From: Staphylococcus phage Stab22 | Sequence record: LR215721.1 | Reading direction: 5' to 3' (one strand) | Length of the DNA stretch: 32,000 nucleotides | In this document: positions 1-8,550 of the stretch, piece by piece | How positions within the stretch are numbered: position 1 is the stretch's first letter | Layout of the letters: each line of letters starts with the position of its first letter | Notes under the pieces: generated by a model | What the model was told of the DNA's origin: nothing | Database searches by the model: none | What the model saw: the letters and a program-made list of their open reading frames with translations, nothing else | Translations under genes and position numbers: made by a program

Positions 1-2
1 AT

Positions 3-2273
3 TTTGAGAGTATTCAAGATACTAAAGTAGGTTGGTACTTAGCTGTAACACAAGAAGTTAAAGAGTCACTAAGATTATCTGATTTAGCTTATGAGGTAAC
101 AGATGTCGGAGGTTATGATAAACCATTAGAAGACTTTAAATTATGGTTTGTTACTAAGCTATTAAGATTTTTCTCTGATAAAATTAAAGAAATACAAAAA
201 GAGAATAAAAAGGTTGCTAAAAAAGAATATGATATTAAAGCTCCGGAATACAAAGAATGGTTAGATAATAAGCTAGAAGAAATGACAGAAGGTAAGTTAG
301 AAAACAAATATACTCAGTTAGGATTAACACCTGAAGTTGTTAGCATAGATTGTACTATGGAAGATGACTTTAAGGTTATTGCAGAACAATCACCTGAGTA
401 TATGGGATTATCTGAATACGGTAAGTCTTATACACTAAATACTGCAATCCATTTAATTAACACATATAGAGATGTAAAAGATGTAGTAAATGACATTGAT
501 GGAGGTAACTTTAACTATGATTGGTTCCCTATTGAATTAATGCATCCATATGCATCAGGAGATACAGATGTATGTAGAAGAATTCACTGTGATGTAGTTA
601 AGAAATTAGAAGAACAAGATAGACCTAAATCTATGCATTTATTAGAGGTTAATTACCCTAGATTAACTAAATCATTAGCTAGAATTGAATCAAATGGTTT
701 ATACTGTGACTTAGATTATATGAAAGAAAATGATGAGTCATATGAGTCTGAGATGGCTAAGAACCACGCTACAATGAGAGAACATTGGGCTGTTAAAGAG
801 TTTGAAGAGTATCAGTATAACCTTTACCAAATGGCGTTAGAAGAGCATGAGAAGAAGCCAAAGGAAAGAGACAAAGATATTCATCAGTATAGAGATAAGT
901 TTAAAGATGGTAAATGGATGTTTTCTCCTAGTTCAGGAGACCATAAAGGTAGAGTAATTTATGATATTCTAGGAATTCAATTACCTTATGACAAAGAGTA
1001 TGTTAAAGAAAAACCATTTAACGCTAATGTTAAAGAAGCAGACCTTACTTGGCAGGACTACAAAACAGATAAGAAAGCTATTAGTTATGCACTAGATAAC
1101 TTAGATTTAAAAGATGATGTTAAAGAACTTCTTGAATTACTTAAATACCATGCTAGTATGCAGACAAAACGTAATTCATTTACTAAGAAGTTACCTAATA
1201 TGATTAATAAACAAAAACGAACATTACATGGTTCTTTCTCTGAGACAGGTACAGAGACATCACGATTAAGTAGTAGTAACCCTAACTTACAAAACTTACC
1301 GGCACATACATCAGATGTAAATAAATTTGATTATAAACACCCTATTAAACGTTCATTTGTTTCTAGATTTGAAAATGGAGTATTACTAGGAGCCGACTAT
1401 AGTGCCCTAGAGATGCGTATTATAGGATTATTTACTAAAGACCCTGATATGTTACAATCGTTTCTAAATGGAGAAGATATCCATAAAGCTACTGCAAGTA
1501 TTGTTTATAATAAACCCGTAGAAGAAGTAACTAAAGAAGAAAGACAAGCAACAAAAGCAGTAAACTTTGGATTAGCCTTCGGTGAATCACCATTCTCATT
1601 TGCAGGTAAAAATAATATGGAAGTAAGTGAAGCAGAAGAAATCTTTGAAAAATATTTCCAAACAAAACCAAGTGTAAAAACTTCTATTGACAGTGTACAT
1701 GAATTTGTGCAACAATATGGTTATGTTGATACAATGCACGGACATAGAAGATTTATACGTTCAGCTCAATCAACAGATAAGAAGATAAAAAATGAAGGTC
1801 TAAGACAATCATTTAATACTATTATCCAGGGTTCAGGTAGTTTCTTAACAAATATGTCTTTAACCTACTTAGATGACTTTATTCAGTCTCGTAACTTGAA
1901 ATCAAAAGTTATTGCCACAGTACACGATAGTATCTTAATTGATTGTCCTCCTGAAGAGGCTAAGATTATGGCTAAAGTGACACTTCATATCATGGAAAAT
2001 TTACCGTTTGATTTCTTAAAAGCAGAAATTGATGGGAAAGAGGTACAATATCCAATTGAAGCTGATATGGAAATTGGTTTAAATTATAATGACATGGTTG
2101 GATATGATGAAGAAGAAATAGCTACATTTAATTCTTACCAAGGCTATATTAAGTACATGATGAACTTACAAACACTAGAAGACTATAAAGAGTCAGGTAA
2201 ACTAACTGATGAGCAATTTGAAAAGGCTACTAATGTAGTTAAAGGTGAGAAATCTATCTATCAAGAAATCTAA
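3..2273 (+). CDS. Family A (PolI-like) DNA polymerase, 5' partial (continues off the left edge)
   Basis: Frame 3 is open from base 3 without a stop up to the track's Met at 282 (FESIQDTKVGWYLAVTQEVKESLRLSDLAYEV...). Polymerase motifs are present: GADYSALEMRIIGLF (motif A), KAVNFGLAFG (motif B region), VIATVHDSILIDCP (motif C). Confidence 0.95.
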   Translation, partial: FESIQDTKVGWYLAVTQEVKESLRLSDLAYEVTDVGGYDKPLEDFKLWFVTKLLRFFSDKIKEIQKENKKVAKKEYDIKAPEYKEWLDNKLEEMTEGKLENKYTQLGLTPEVVSIDCTMEDDFKVIAEQSPEYMGLSEYGKSYTLNTAIHLINTYRDVKDVVNDIDGGNFNYDWFPIELMHPYASGDTDVCRRIHCDVVKKLEEQDRPKSMHLLEVNYPRLTKSLARIESNGLYCDLDYMKENDESYESEMAKNHATMREHWAVKEFEEYQYNLYQMALEEHEKKPKERDKDIHQYRDKFKDGKWMFSPSSGDHKGRVIYDILGIQLPYDKEYVKEKPFNANVKEADLTWQDYKTDKKAISYALDNLDLKDDVKELLELLKYHASMQTKRNSFTKKLPNMINKQKRTLHGSFSETGTETSRLSSSNPNLQNLPAHTSDVNKFDYKHPIKRSFVSRFENGVLLGADYSALEMRIIGLFTKDPDMLQSFLNGEDIHKATASIVYNKPVEEVTKEERQATKAVNFGLAFGESPFSFAGKNNMEVSEAEEIFEKYFQTKPSVKTSIDSVHEFVQQYGYVDTMHGHRRFIRSAQSTDKKIKNEGLRQSFNTIIQGSGSFLTNMSLTYLDDFIQSRNLKSKVIATVHDSILIDCPPEEAKIMAKVTLHIMENLPFDFLKAEIDGKEVQYPIEADMEIGLNYNDMVGYDEEEIATFNSYQGYIKYMMNLQTLEDYKESGKLTDEQFEKATNVVKGEKSIYQEI

Positions 2274-2281
2274 AAAAAGTA

Positions 2282-2310
2282 TTGACAAAATGTTTAACTT
2301 ATGTTATACT
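2282..2310 (+). promoter_or_regulatory. Sigma-A-like promoter TTGACA-17-TATACT with TGt extended -10
   Basis: TTGACA 2282-2287, TATACT 2305-2310, 17-nt spacer, upstream of the 2344 ORF. Confidence 0.85.
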
Positions 2311-2343
2311 AATTAAGTAGTAAAGATAAGGAGGAAAAAAACA

Positions 2344-2586
2344 ATGAATACAGGAGAAATTAGATTTAATCGTTCCCTAGATGAATGGATTATAACAAGT
2401 ATGTACCAGGATGAATTAGGTGAAATGAATATTGTTATTACATTCTATAATAAGGAAGAAAATAAACATGGCTCTATGGTTTTACCAACAGAGTCATCTA
2501 CTGGAGAAGTAGAAAAAGAATTAGAAAGTATTGAAGAGGAATATCCTTTAGCTTTACCTTTAAACAGTATTTCAGTTAATATTTAA
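2344..2586 (+). CDS. Hypothetical protein, 80 aa
   Basis: ORF with AAGGAGG upstream. Confidence 0.8.
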   Translation: MNTGEIRFNRSLDEWIITSMYQDELGEMNIVITFYNKEENKHGSMVLPTESSTGEVEKELESIEEEYPLALPLNSISVNI

Positions 2587-2602
2587 AAGGAGGAACTGGT
2601 AA

Positions 2603-3085
2603 ATGGAAATACACATTGATTCCCTAGATTTTACAAATTTTACTATTAAAGATAGAAACGGGAACTCACAAGAGTTTGATATCACGGATGAATTAAAGAT
2701 TACAGAGTATACAATACAAGAGGACTTTATGCAACAATCAGCTAAGTATGCTTTTTGGGCTTCTATATTAGAGAAGGTTAGAGCATATTCTGAAATGGAG
2801 CAACGAAACCTAGAAACAGTTGGTAGTAAGCTAAACCTTAAGATTAGACAAGAGTATGAACAACAAGGTAAAAAACCTACTAAAGATATGATTGAGTCTA
2901 GTGTATACATCCATGACTCTTACCAACAACAGCTTAAAGTTGTTGAGGCTTGGAATTATAAAGTTAAACAACTTCAATATGTTGTAAAAGCATTTGAGAC
3001 TAGACGTGACATGATGATTCAATTAGGTGCAGAATTAAGACAAACAAATAAAAACGGTGGAATTACTAATCCGTTTTCACATTAA
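2603..3085 (+). CDS. Hypothetical protein, 160 aa
   Basis: ORF with AAAGGAGG upstream, co-directional between replication genes. Confidence 0.85.
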   Translation: MEIHIDSLDFTNFTIKDRNGNSQEFDITDELKITEYTIQEDFMQQSAKYAFWASILEKVRAYSEMEQRNLETVGSKLNLKIRQEYEQQGKKPTKDMIESSVYIHDSYQQQLKVVEAWNYKVKQLQYVVKAFETRRDMMIQLGAELRQTNKNGGITNPFSH

Positions 3086-3105
3086 AAATAAATTAAAAAA
3101 TATAA

Positions 3106-3134
3106 TTGACAAATACAAAAAACTATGTTATAAT
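3106..3134 (+). promoter_or_regulatory. Perfect consensus promoter TTGACA-17-TATAAT with TGt
   Basis: TTGACA 3106-3111, TATAAT 3129-3134. Confidence 0.9.
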
Positions 3135-3170
3135 AAATAAGTAAATTAATTAAAAGGAGAAAAGATAATT

Positions 3171-4343
3171 ATGGATTTCAATCAATTTATTAACAATGAG
3201 GCAAGCAAATTAGAAAGCAGTAACAGTTCTTTTAACAACAATGTAGAGAGCTACAAACCTAAAAACCCTGTATTACGATTAGGTAATATTAAAGATGCAA
3301 ACGGAAAGAAAGTTACTAAAGAAAATGCTTTTGTACGAGTATTACCTCCTGCACAAGGAACAAATGTTTTCTTTAAAGAATTTAGAACATCAGGTATTAA
3401 CTACTCTAAGAAAGACGGCTCTCAAGGATTCACAGGATTAACATTACCTGCAGAACAAGGTTCATCTGTACTTGACCCTTACATTGATAACTGGATAGCA
3501 AATGGTGTTCAATTCAGTAGATTCCCTAATAAACCTGCAGTACGTTATTACATTCACGTTATTGAGTACTTTAATAATAACGGACAAATTCAACCTAAGA
3601 CAGACTCACAAGGTAATATCGTTATTCAACCGATGGAATTATCTAACACAGGTTATAAAGAGTTATTAGCAAACCTTAAAGATACTATGTTAAAACCATC
3701 ACCTAACGCACCTCATAGCTTTATCTCAGCAAATGAAGCATTCTTAGTTAATATTGCTAAAGCTAAGAAAGGTGAAATGTCATGGAAAGTTAGTGTTTAC
3801 CCTAACGCTCCTCTAGGTGCATTACCTCAAGGTTGGGAACAACAATTATCTGACTTAGAGAAATTAGCACAACCTACAGAAGAACAAAACCCTAACTTTG
3901 TTAACTTCTTAATCAATAACGTTAATAACACAGAGTTAAGTCATGATAACTTTAAGTTTAACCGTGAAACAAATGTCTTAGGTGAAGAGCCTTCAGCACC
4001 TAAACAAGAGCCAACTCAACAAGATATTGATAGTCAGATTCCAAGTAATATTGGCGGGCAACAACAGGCTCCTGTACAGTCACAGCAACCACAACAACAA
4101 GGTAATGTTGATTGGAACAACTTAGCTCAACAACAATCACAGCCTGACTCAAACCCTTTCAATGACTTTGATGTAAGTAGTATTGATGATGTACAAGTAC
4201 CTTTTGATACCCAATCTCAAAATACACAACAAGCACCTGAACCACAACCTGAACCACAACAAACTACTCAGGAGCCTCCAAAACAAAAACAAACACAAAG
4301 TATTGACGATGTATTAGGTGGTCTAGACTTAGATAACCTATAA
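3171..4343 (+). CDS. Putative ssDNA-binding-like replication/recombination protein
   Basis: 390 aa. Globular N-terminus, long Q/P-rich linker, short acidic/hydrophobic C-terminal tail (IDDVLGGLDLDNL) typical of SSB-type proteins, adjacent to a recA-like gene. Function inferred. Confidence 0.5.
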   Translation: MDFNQFINNEASKLESSNSSFNNNVESYKPKNPVLRLGNIKDANGKKVTKENAFVRVLPPAQGTNVFFKEFRTSGINYSKKDGSQGFTGLTLPAEQGSSVLDPYIDNWIANGVQFSRFPNKPAVRYYIHVIEYFNNNGQIQPKTDSQGNIVIQPMELSNTGYKELLANLKDTMLKPSPNAPHSFISANEAFLVNIAKAKKGEMSWKVSVYPNAPLGALPQGWEQQLSDLEKLAQPTEEQNPNFVNFLINNVNNTELSHDNFKFNRETNVLGEEPSAPKQEPTQQDIDSQIPSNIGGQQQAPVQSQQPQQQGNVDWNNLAQQQSQPDSNPFNDFDVSSIDDVQVPFDTQSQNTQQAPEPQPEPQQTTQEPPKQKQTQSIDDVLGGLDLDNL

Positions 4344-4348
4344 GATAT

Positions 4349-4373
4349 AGAGTGCCTTAGAGCACTCTTTTAT
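4349..4373 (+). terminator. Rho-independent terminator
   Basis: AGAGTGC(4349-4355)-cttaga-GCACTCT(4362-4368) followed by TTTATTT. Confidence 0.75.
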
Positions 4374-4402
4374 TTAAGATATAATTACTAGGAGGATATT
4401 AA

Positions 4403-5659
4403 ATGGCAAGAGCAAAAAAAGGTAAAGAAGTAGATTTAACAGATTTAAATACAATTGATTTAGGTAAAGAATTAGGATTAACATTATTATCAGATACAAA
4501 CAGAGCAGATATTAAGAATATTATACCAACAATGGTTCCTCAATATGATTATATTTTAGGTGGAGGTATTCCATTAGGTAGATTAACAGAGGTCTACGGA
4601 TTAACTGGTAGTGGTAAATCAACATTTGCGGTTCACTTATCTAGAATTGCAACACAATTAGGTGTTATTACTATTTGGATTGATATTGAAGGAACAGCAG
4701 ATAATAATCGTATGGAACAACTTGGAGTAGATGTTTCAAAACTATTCTCTATTCAATCAGGAGAAGGTAGACTTAAGAATACAGTAGAATTATCTGTAGA
4801 GGGTGTAGGTAAAGAATTAGAGTACTGGATTGACACCTTTAATGAAAAGATACCTGGAGTACCTATTGTGTTTATTTGGGACTCATTAGGAGCTACAAGA
4901 ACTCAGAAAGAGATTGATGGCGGTATTGATGAGAAACAAATGGGTCTTAAAGCATCAGCTACTCAAAAAGTAATTAATGCAGTAACACCTAAGTTAAATG
5001 ATACAAATACTGGTTTAATTGTTATTAACCAAGCACGTGACGATATGAATGCAGGTATGTACGGTGACCCTATTAAGTCTACAGGTGGTAGAGCATTTGA
5101 ACATAGTGCTAGTTTACGTATTAAAGTTCATAAAGCATCTCAACTAAAACAGAAGAGTGAATTGACTGGTAAAGATGAATATCATGGTCATATTATGCGT
5201 ATTGAAACTAAGAAATCTAAACTATCTAGACCAGGGCAAAAAGCAGAGGCAGACTTACTATCTGATTATATGGTAGGTAAAGATGATGACCCTATCTTAT
5301 TGAATGGTATTGACTTAGAACATACTGTATATAAAGAAGCAGTTGAGAGAGGTTTAATTACTAAAGGTGCATGGAGAAACTATGTTACATTGAATGGTGA
5401 AGAGATTAAACTTAGAGATGCTGAATGGGTACCTGTATTAAAAGATAATAGAGAGTTATATTTAGAGTTATTCAGTAGAGTATACGGAGAACATTTCCCT
5501 AATGGATACTCACCATTGCTTAATAACAAAGTAATTGTAACTCAACTAGAAGAGTATCAAGCATTAGAGAATTATTATAAAGAATGGGCTACAGATAATA
5601 AACAAGAAGAACAAGAGGAAGAACCAAAAGGAGAATCTCAAGAAAAGGATTCTGAATAA
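4403..5659 (+). CDS. recA: RecA/UvsX-like recombinase, uninterrupted
   Basis: Walker A YGLTGSGKSTFAVH; IWIDIEGT; VFIWDSLGATR; GLIVINQARDDM; GGRAFEHSASLRIK. Confidence 0.92.
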   Translation: MARAKKGKEVDLTDLNTIDLGKELGLTLLSDTNRADIKNIIPTMVPQYDYILGGGIPLGRLTEVYGLTGSGKSTFAVHLSRIATQLGVITIWIDIEGTADNNRMEQLGVDVSKLFSIQSGEGRLKNTVELSVEGVGKELEYWIDTFNEKIPGVPIVFIWDSLGATRTQKEIDGGIDEKQMGLKASATQKVINAVTPKLNDTNTGLIVINQARDDMNAGMYGDPIKSTGGRAFEHSASLRIKVHKASQLKQKSELTGKDEYHGHIMRIETKKSKLSRPGQKAEADLLSDYMVGKDDDPILLNGIDLEHTVYKEAVERGLITKGAWRNYVTLNGEEIKLRDAEWVPVLKDNRELYLELFSRVYGEHFPNGYSPLLNNKVIVTQLEEYQALENYYKEWATDNKQEEQEEEPKGESQEKDSE

Positions 5660-5662
5660 TAG

Positions 5663-6016
5663 ATGGATAATTTAATAGATAAAAACATGAGTCAGGTAAA
5701 AGAATCTTTGGGGAATGCAAATTCCTCAGATGTTCTTCCTTTACCTTATAAAGACATAGCAAAGAAATTTGAAGAAGTAAAAGAAAAAGGTGAATCAATT
5801 ATCATTGAAGAAGGTGGATTCCCTTATACAGATTCTACAGTGATGTATATAGAACATGTAACAGATAGATGGGCGGGAGGATACTCCCTAATTAGACATG
5901 AAGGTGAAGAGGTTAAAGTACCTAAAACTATCCATTTCTCTGATATCTATGTTAAAGATAAATCACATAAAGTAAGAATAATCTTCGAGGGGGCTAATCC
6001 TTATGAAGAAAGCTAA
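5663..6016 (+). CDS. Hypothetical protein, 117 aa
   Basis: Tightly packed ORF between the recA-like and sigma-like genes. Confidence 0.8.
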   Translation: MDNLIDKNMSQVKESLGNANSSDVLPLPYKDIAKKFEEVKEKGESIIIEEGGFPYTDSTVMYIEHVTDRWAGGYSLIRHEGEEVKVPKTIHFSDIYVKDKSHKVRIIFEGANPYEES

Positions 6017-6665
6017 CAATGGTAATAGATATGTAATAGATATAGACGGTATTCCTGTTGATTTTGAAAGAGACTTAGATAGTTTACTTAATAGATATAA
6101 AAACCTTAGATGGGCATTGTATCACAGGTACGCAGGTATTTTATCTAATGACTTTGAAAGACAAGAATTAAGAGAATACATTGATGAGCAATTTATTAAG
6201 CTAGTTAAAGAATATAATATTAGAAGTAAAGTAGATTTCCCTGGATACATTAAAGCTAAGCTAACTCTAAGAGTTCAAAATAGCTATGTTAAGAAGAATG
6301 AAAAATACAAACGTACTGAAATTATAGGTAAAAAAGATTATACAGTAGAGTCCTTGACTGAAGATTTAAATGAGGACTTTGAGGATAATCAAATTATGAG
6401 TTATGTATTTGATGATATAGAGTTTACAGAAGTGCAAAGTGAACTACTTAAAGAATTACTTATTAACCCTGAAAGAGAAGATGATGCTTTTATCGTTTCT
6501 CAAGTGGCGGAGAAGTTTGATATGAAGAGAAAAGAAGTAGCAAGTGAATTGACAGAATTAAGAGATTATGTTAGATTTAAAATAAATGCATACCATGAGT
6601 ACTATGCAAAGAAAGAATTAAATAACCATAGAGTTAATACTGAAAATCATATTTGGGAAAACTAG
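6003..6665 (+). CDS. Sigma-factor-like protein
   Basis: 220 aa, region-2-like N-terminal helices plus a C-terminal helix-turn-helix-like segment; position after recA matches the sigma gene of Twort/K-like phages. Confidence 0.6.
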   Translation: MKKANNGNRYVIDIDGIPVDFERDLDSLLNRYKNLRWALYHRYAGILSNDFERQELREYIDEQFIKLVKEYNIRSKVDFPGYIKAKLTLRVQNSYVKKNEKYKRTEIIGKKDYTVESLTEDLNEDFEDNQIMSYVFDDIEFTEVQSELLKELLINPEREDDAFIVSQVAEKFDMKRKEVASELTELRDYVRFKINAYHEYYAKKELNNHRVNTENHIWEN

Positions 6666-6672
6666 TTACGGT

Positions 6673-6735
6673 GCCTTCCTTGTGTTATATTATTATCGAG
6701 AATTCAATAATAAAGCATAGGGAAGGCTTTTTCTA
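6673..6735 (+). promoter_or_regulatory. Long-range stem-loop, possible terminator or 5' leader element
   Basis: GCCTTCC (6673-6679) pairs with GGAAGGC (6721-6727), followed by TTTTTCT; an inner AT-rich inverted repeat (TTATTAT...ATAATAA) lies in the loop. Confidence 0.55.
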
Positions 6736-6791
6736 TGTCTTATAGAATGCTTTAAAATAGATTACTAAAATAAAGATTGGAGATTAAGCTT

Positions 6792-7424
6792 ATGGCTAAA
6801 AAGAATGTTAATGATGTATTACAGCAAGACTCTGTTACAGTAGCAGATAAATATTTACAAGTTAAGGTTAACCGTGACGGTTATACTCGTACACATGAAG
6901 GACAATATGCGTACAAAGTAGTTTCAGAGGGAGAAGAATTATTCTTATACCCTGTACAAACAGATGGTAAAGGTGTACTAAATATTATGAAGAAATCACC
7001 TATTGCTTACACTGATGGAGACAACATCCACTTTGTAGTAAACACAGTAGTAGACCCTTATAATCACTCATTTATCCGTACTGAAGATATTAAAGGATTA
7101 GATAAAGGTAAACAACTTATTCAAGCTTTCTTAGCTTTCGTTGAAGACCGTTTCAAATTTGGTGTTTATAACGTATTTGTTGCAAATAACAAAGAAGATG
7201 TATTAGCTATCGTAGACCCTACAGATAATGATGCAGATGAAGTTAAAGATAGTTTAAAACATGCACACGAAGATGTAATTGCGGATTTCCCTGCTAGTCC
7301 TGCTCGTAAGGATGTTAAAGGCGTAGATTCAGGAGAAGGTCAAGGAGATACTTCAGAACCATCAACACCTGAGAACGTTCAAGTTACTCCTACAGAAGAC
7401 GGAGCAGACGTAACAGCAGAATAA
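6792..7424 (+). CDS. Putative virion/tail-associated protein ending in an incomplete FN3/Ig-like strand pair
   Basis: ATG 6792 has GGAG at 6779-6782; the track's start at 6777 is TTG. C-terminus is PSTPENVQVTPTEDGADVTAE. Confidence 0.7.
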   Translation: MAKKNVNDVLQQDSVTVADKYLQVKVNRDGYTRTHEGQYAYKVVSEGEELFLYPVQTDGKGVLNIMKKSPIAYTDGDNIHFVVNTVVDPYNHSFIRTEDIKGLDKGKQLIQAFLAFVEDRFKFGVYNVFVANNKEDVLAIVDPTDNDADEVKDSLKHAHEDVIADFPASPARKDVKGVDSGEGQGDTSEPSTPENVQVTPTEDGADVTAE

Positions 7425-7445
7425 TATAGACAAAGGATGGTAAAT

Positions 7446-7958
7446 TTGGCTAAGTTAAATTTATACAAAGGTAATGACTTACTAGACAGCGTAGAAAAAA
7501 CAGAAGGAAAATCAACTATTACTATTGAAGGATTAGAGGCTAATACAGACTACCCTGCAGGAACATACCAGGTCTCCTTTTCTAACACATCAGGAGAATC
7601 AGAAAAGGTAGATGTACCTCAGTTCAAGACTGATGCTATTGGTGTTGCTTCGGTAACACTAGACGTTGAAAGTTTAGACTTAACAATTGGGGATACACAT
7701 CAGCTACAAGCTACGGTAGCCCCAAGTAATGCTTCTAATAGTAATGTATCTTTTAGTTCTGATGCAGAAGCTGTTGCTACTGTATCAGCTAGTGGATTAG
7801 TTGAAGCCATTACAGCAGGTACAGCTAACGTAACTGTAACTACTGAAGATGGAAGTTTTACAGATGCTGTTGCTGTAACAGTTAAGGAACCTATTCCTGA
7901 AGCACCTACAGATGTAACAGTAGACCCTGGTGAAACTACTGCAGATATTACCGTATAG
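7446..7958 (+). CDS. Ig-like (BIG2-type) and partial FN3-like domain protein
   Basis: Track start is 7437 (ATG). TTG 7446 has AAAGGATGG (7432-7440) upstream and gives LAKLNLYKGND, aligning with the next ORF's MEKTLKVYSNGE. Bacterial Ig-like signature: VTLDVESLDLTIGDTHQLQATVAPSNAS...VATVSASGLVEAITAGTANVTVTTEDG. Confidence 0.75.
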   Translation: MAKLNLYKGNDLLDSVEKTEGKSTITIEGLEANTDYPAGTYQVSFSNTSGESEKVDVPQFKTDAIGVASVTLDVESLDLTIGDTHQLQATVAPSNASNSNVSFSSDAEAVATVSASGLVEAITAGTANVTVTTEDGSFTDAVAVTVKEPIPEAPTDVTVDPGETTADITV

Positions 7959-7972
7959 GAGGGCAATAAAGA

Positions 7973-8191
7973 ATGGAAAAGACATTAAAAGTTTATAGTA
8001 ATGGTGAAGTTGTAGGCTCACAAGTAGCTAATAACGATGGAGCTACAACAGTATCTATTACAGGTTTAGAAGCCGGAACAACATACCCTGCAGGTACTTT
8101 TAAAGTAGCATTTGCTAATGATTCAGGGGAATCAGAAAAAGTAGATGTACCTGAATTTACTACTACAGCACCTGCAGAACCTGAAGCATAA
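7973..8191 (+). CDS. Small Ig/FN3-like paralog of the N-terminus of the previous ORF
   Basis: RBS AGGAGGG. Shares GLEA.T.YPAGT..V.F.N.SGESEKVDVP.F.T with the upstream ORF. Confidence 0.8.
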   Translation: MEKTLKVYSNGEVVGSQVANNDGATTVSITGLEAGTTYPAGTFKVAFANDSGESEKVDVPEFTTTAPAEPEA

Positions 8192-8197
8192 TAATTA

Positions 8198-8226
8198 AGA
8201 CCAACTAAAAAAGTTGGTCTTTTTTT
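8198..8226 (+). terminator. Rho-independent terminator
   Basis: AGACCAACT(8198-8206)-aaaaa-AGTTGGTCT(8212-8220) then T-tract. Confidence 0.92.
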
Positions 8227-8227
8227 A

Positions 8228-8256
8228 TTGACAATTTATAATAACTATGTTACACT
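8228..8256 (+). promoter_or_regulatory. Promoter TTGACA-17-TACACT with TGt
   Basis: TTGACA 8228-8233, TACACT 8251-8256, directly after the terminator T-tract. Confidence 0.85.
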
Positions 8257-8286
8257 ATATAAGAATTAAGAAAAGGAGGGAAAGTA

Positions 8287-8547
8287 ATGGATATTCCAAC
8301 AATATTATTTAGAAATCCATATGATTACACAAAAGTAAAAAAATTAATGGAAAGTAAAGAGCAATACATTGTAGTAAAGTTTGATTCGGTTTCTGTTCAT
8401 AACTTAAATGTTCAAGGTATGATGAATGTTATTCAAGATTACCTACACATCTACGGTTACAGAGTTAAAGAATACGGGCAAGAAAATGCTTCTAAAGATG
8501 ATGAAAGAGACGTTAAAGGTTACTTATACGAAAGAGTAGGTGACTAA
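8287..8547 (+). CDS. Hypothetical protein, 86 aa
   Basis: AAAAGGAGGG RBS. Confidence 0.85.
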   Translation: MDIPTILFRNPYDYTKVKKLMESKEQYIVVKFDSVSVHNLNVQGMMNVIQDYLHIYGYRVKEYGQENASKDDERDVKGYLYERVGD

Positions 8548-8550
8548 GCT

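Noticed and set aside
113-307. Minus-strand ORF 113-307
   Set aside because: Antisense to the open polymerase frame.
2572-3022. Minus-strand ORFs 2572-2910 and 2831-3022
   Set aside because: Fully antisense to a well-supported + strand CDS, no RBS or promoter on that strand, and codon pattern typical of AT-rich antisense shadow ORFs.
5589-5798. Minus-strand ORF 5589-5798
   Set aside because: Antisense to the end of recA-like and next CDS; no supporting signals.
7950-7975. Programmed frameshift joining ORFs 7446 and 7973
   Set aside because: The frame-2 stop TAA at 7967-7969 precedes the downstream ATG and no slippery heptamer was seen; a separate RBS (AGGAGGG) explains translation.
7700-8021. 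Minus-strand ORFs over the Ig-like genes (7700-7966, 7797-8021)
   Set aside because: They mirror the T/A/V-rich codons of the + strand Ig domains; spurious.
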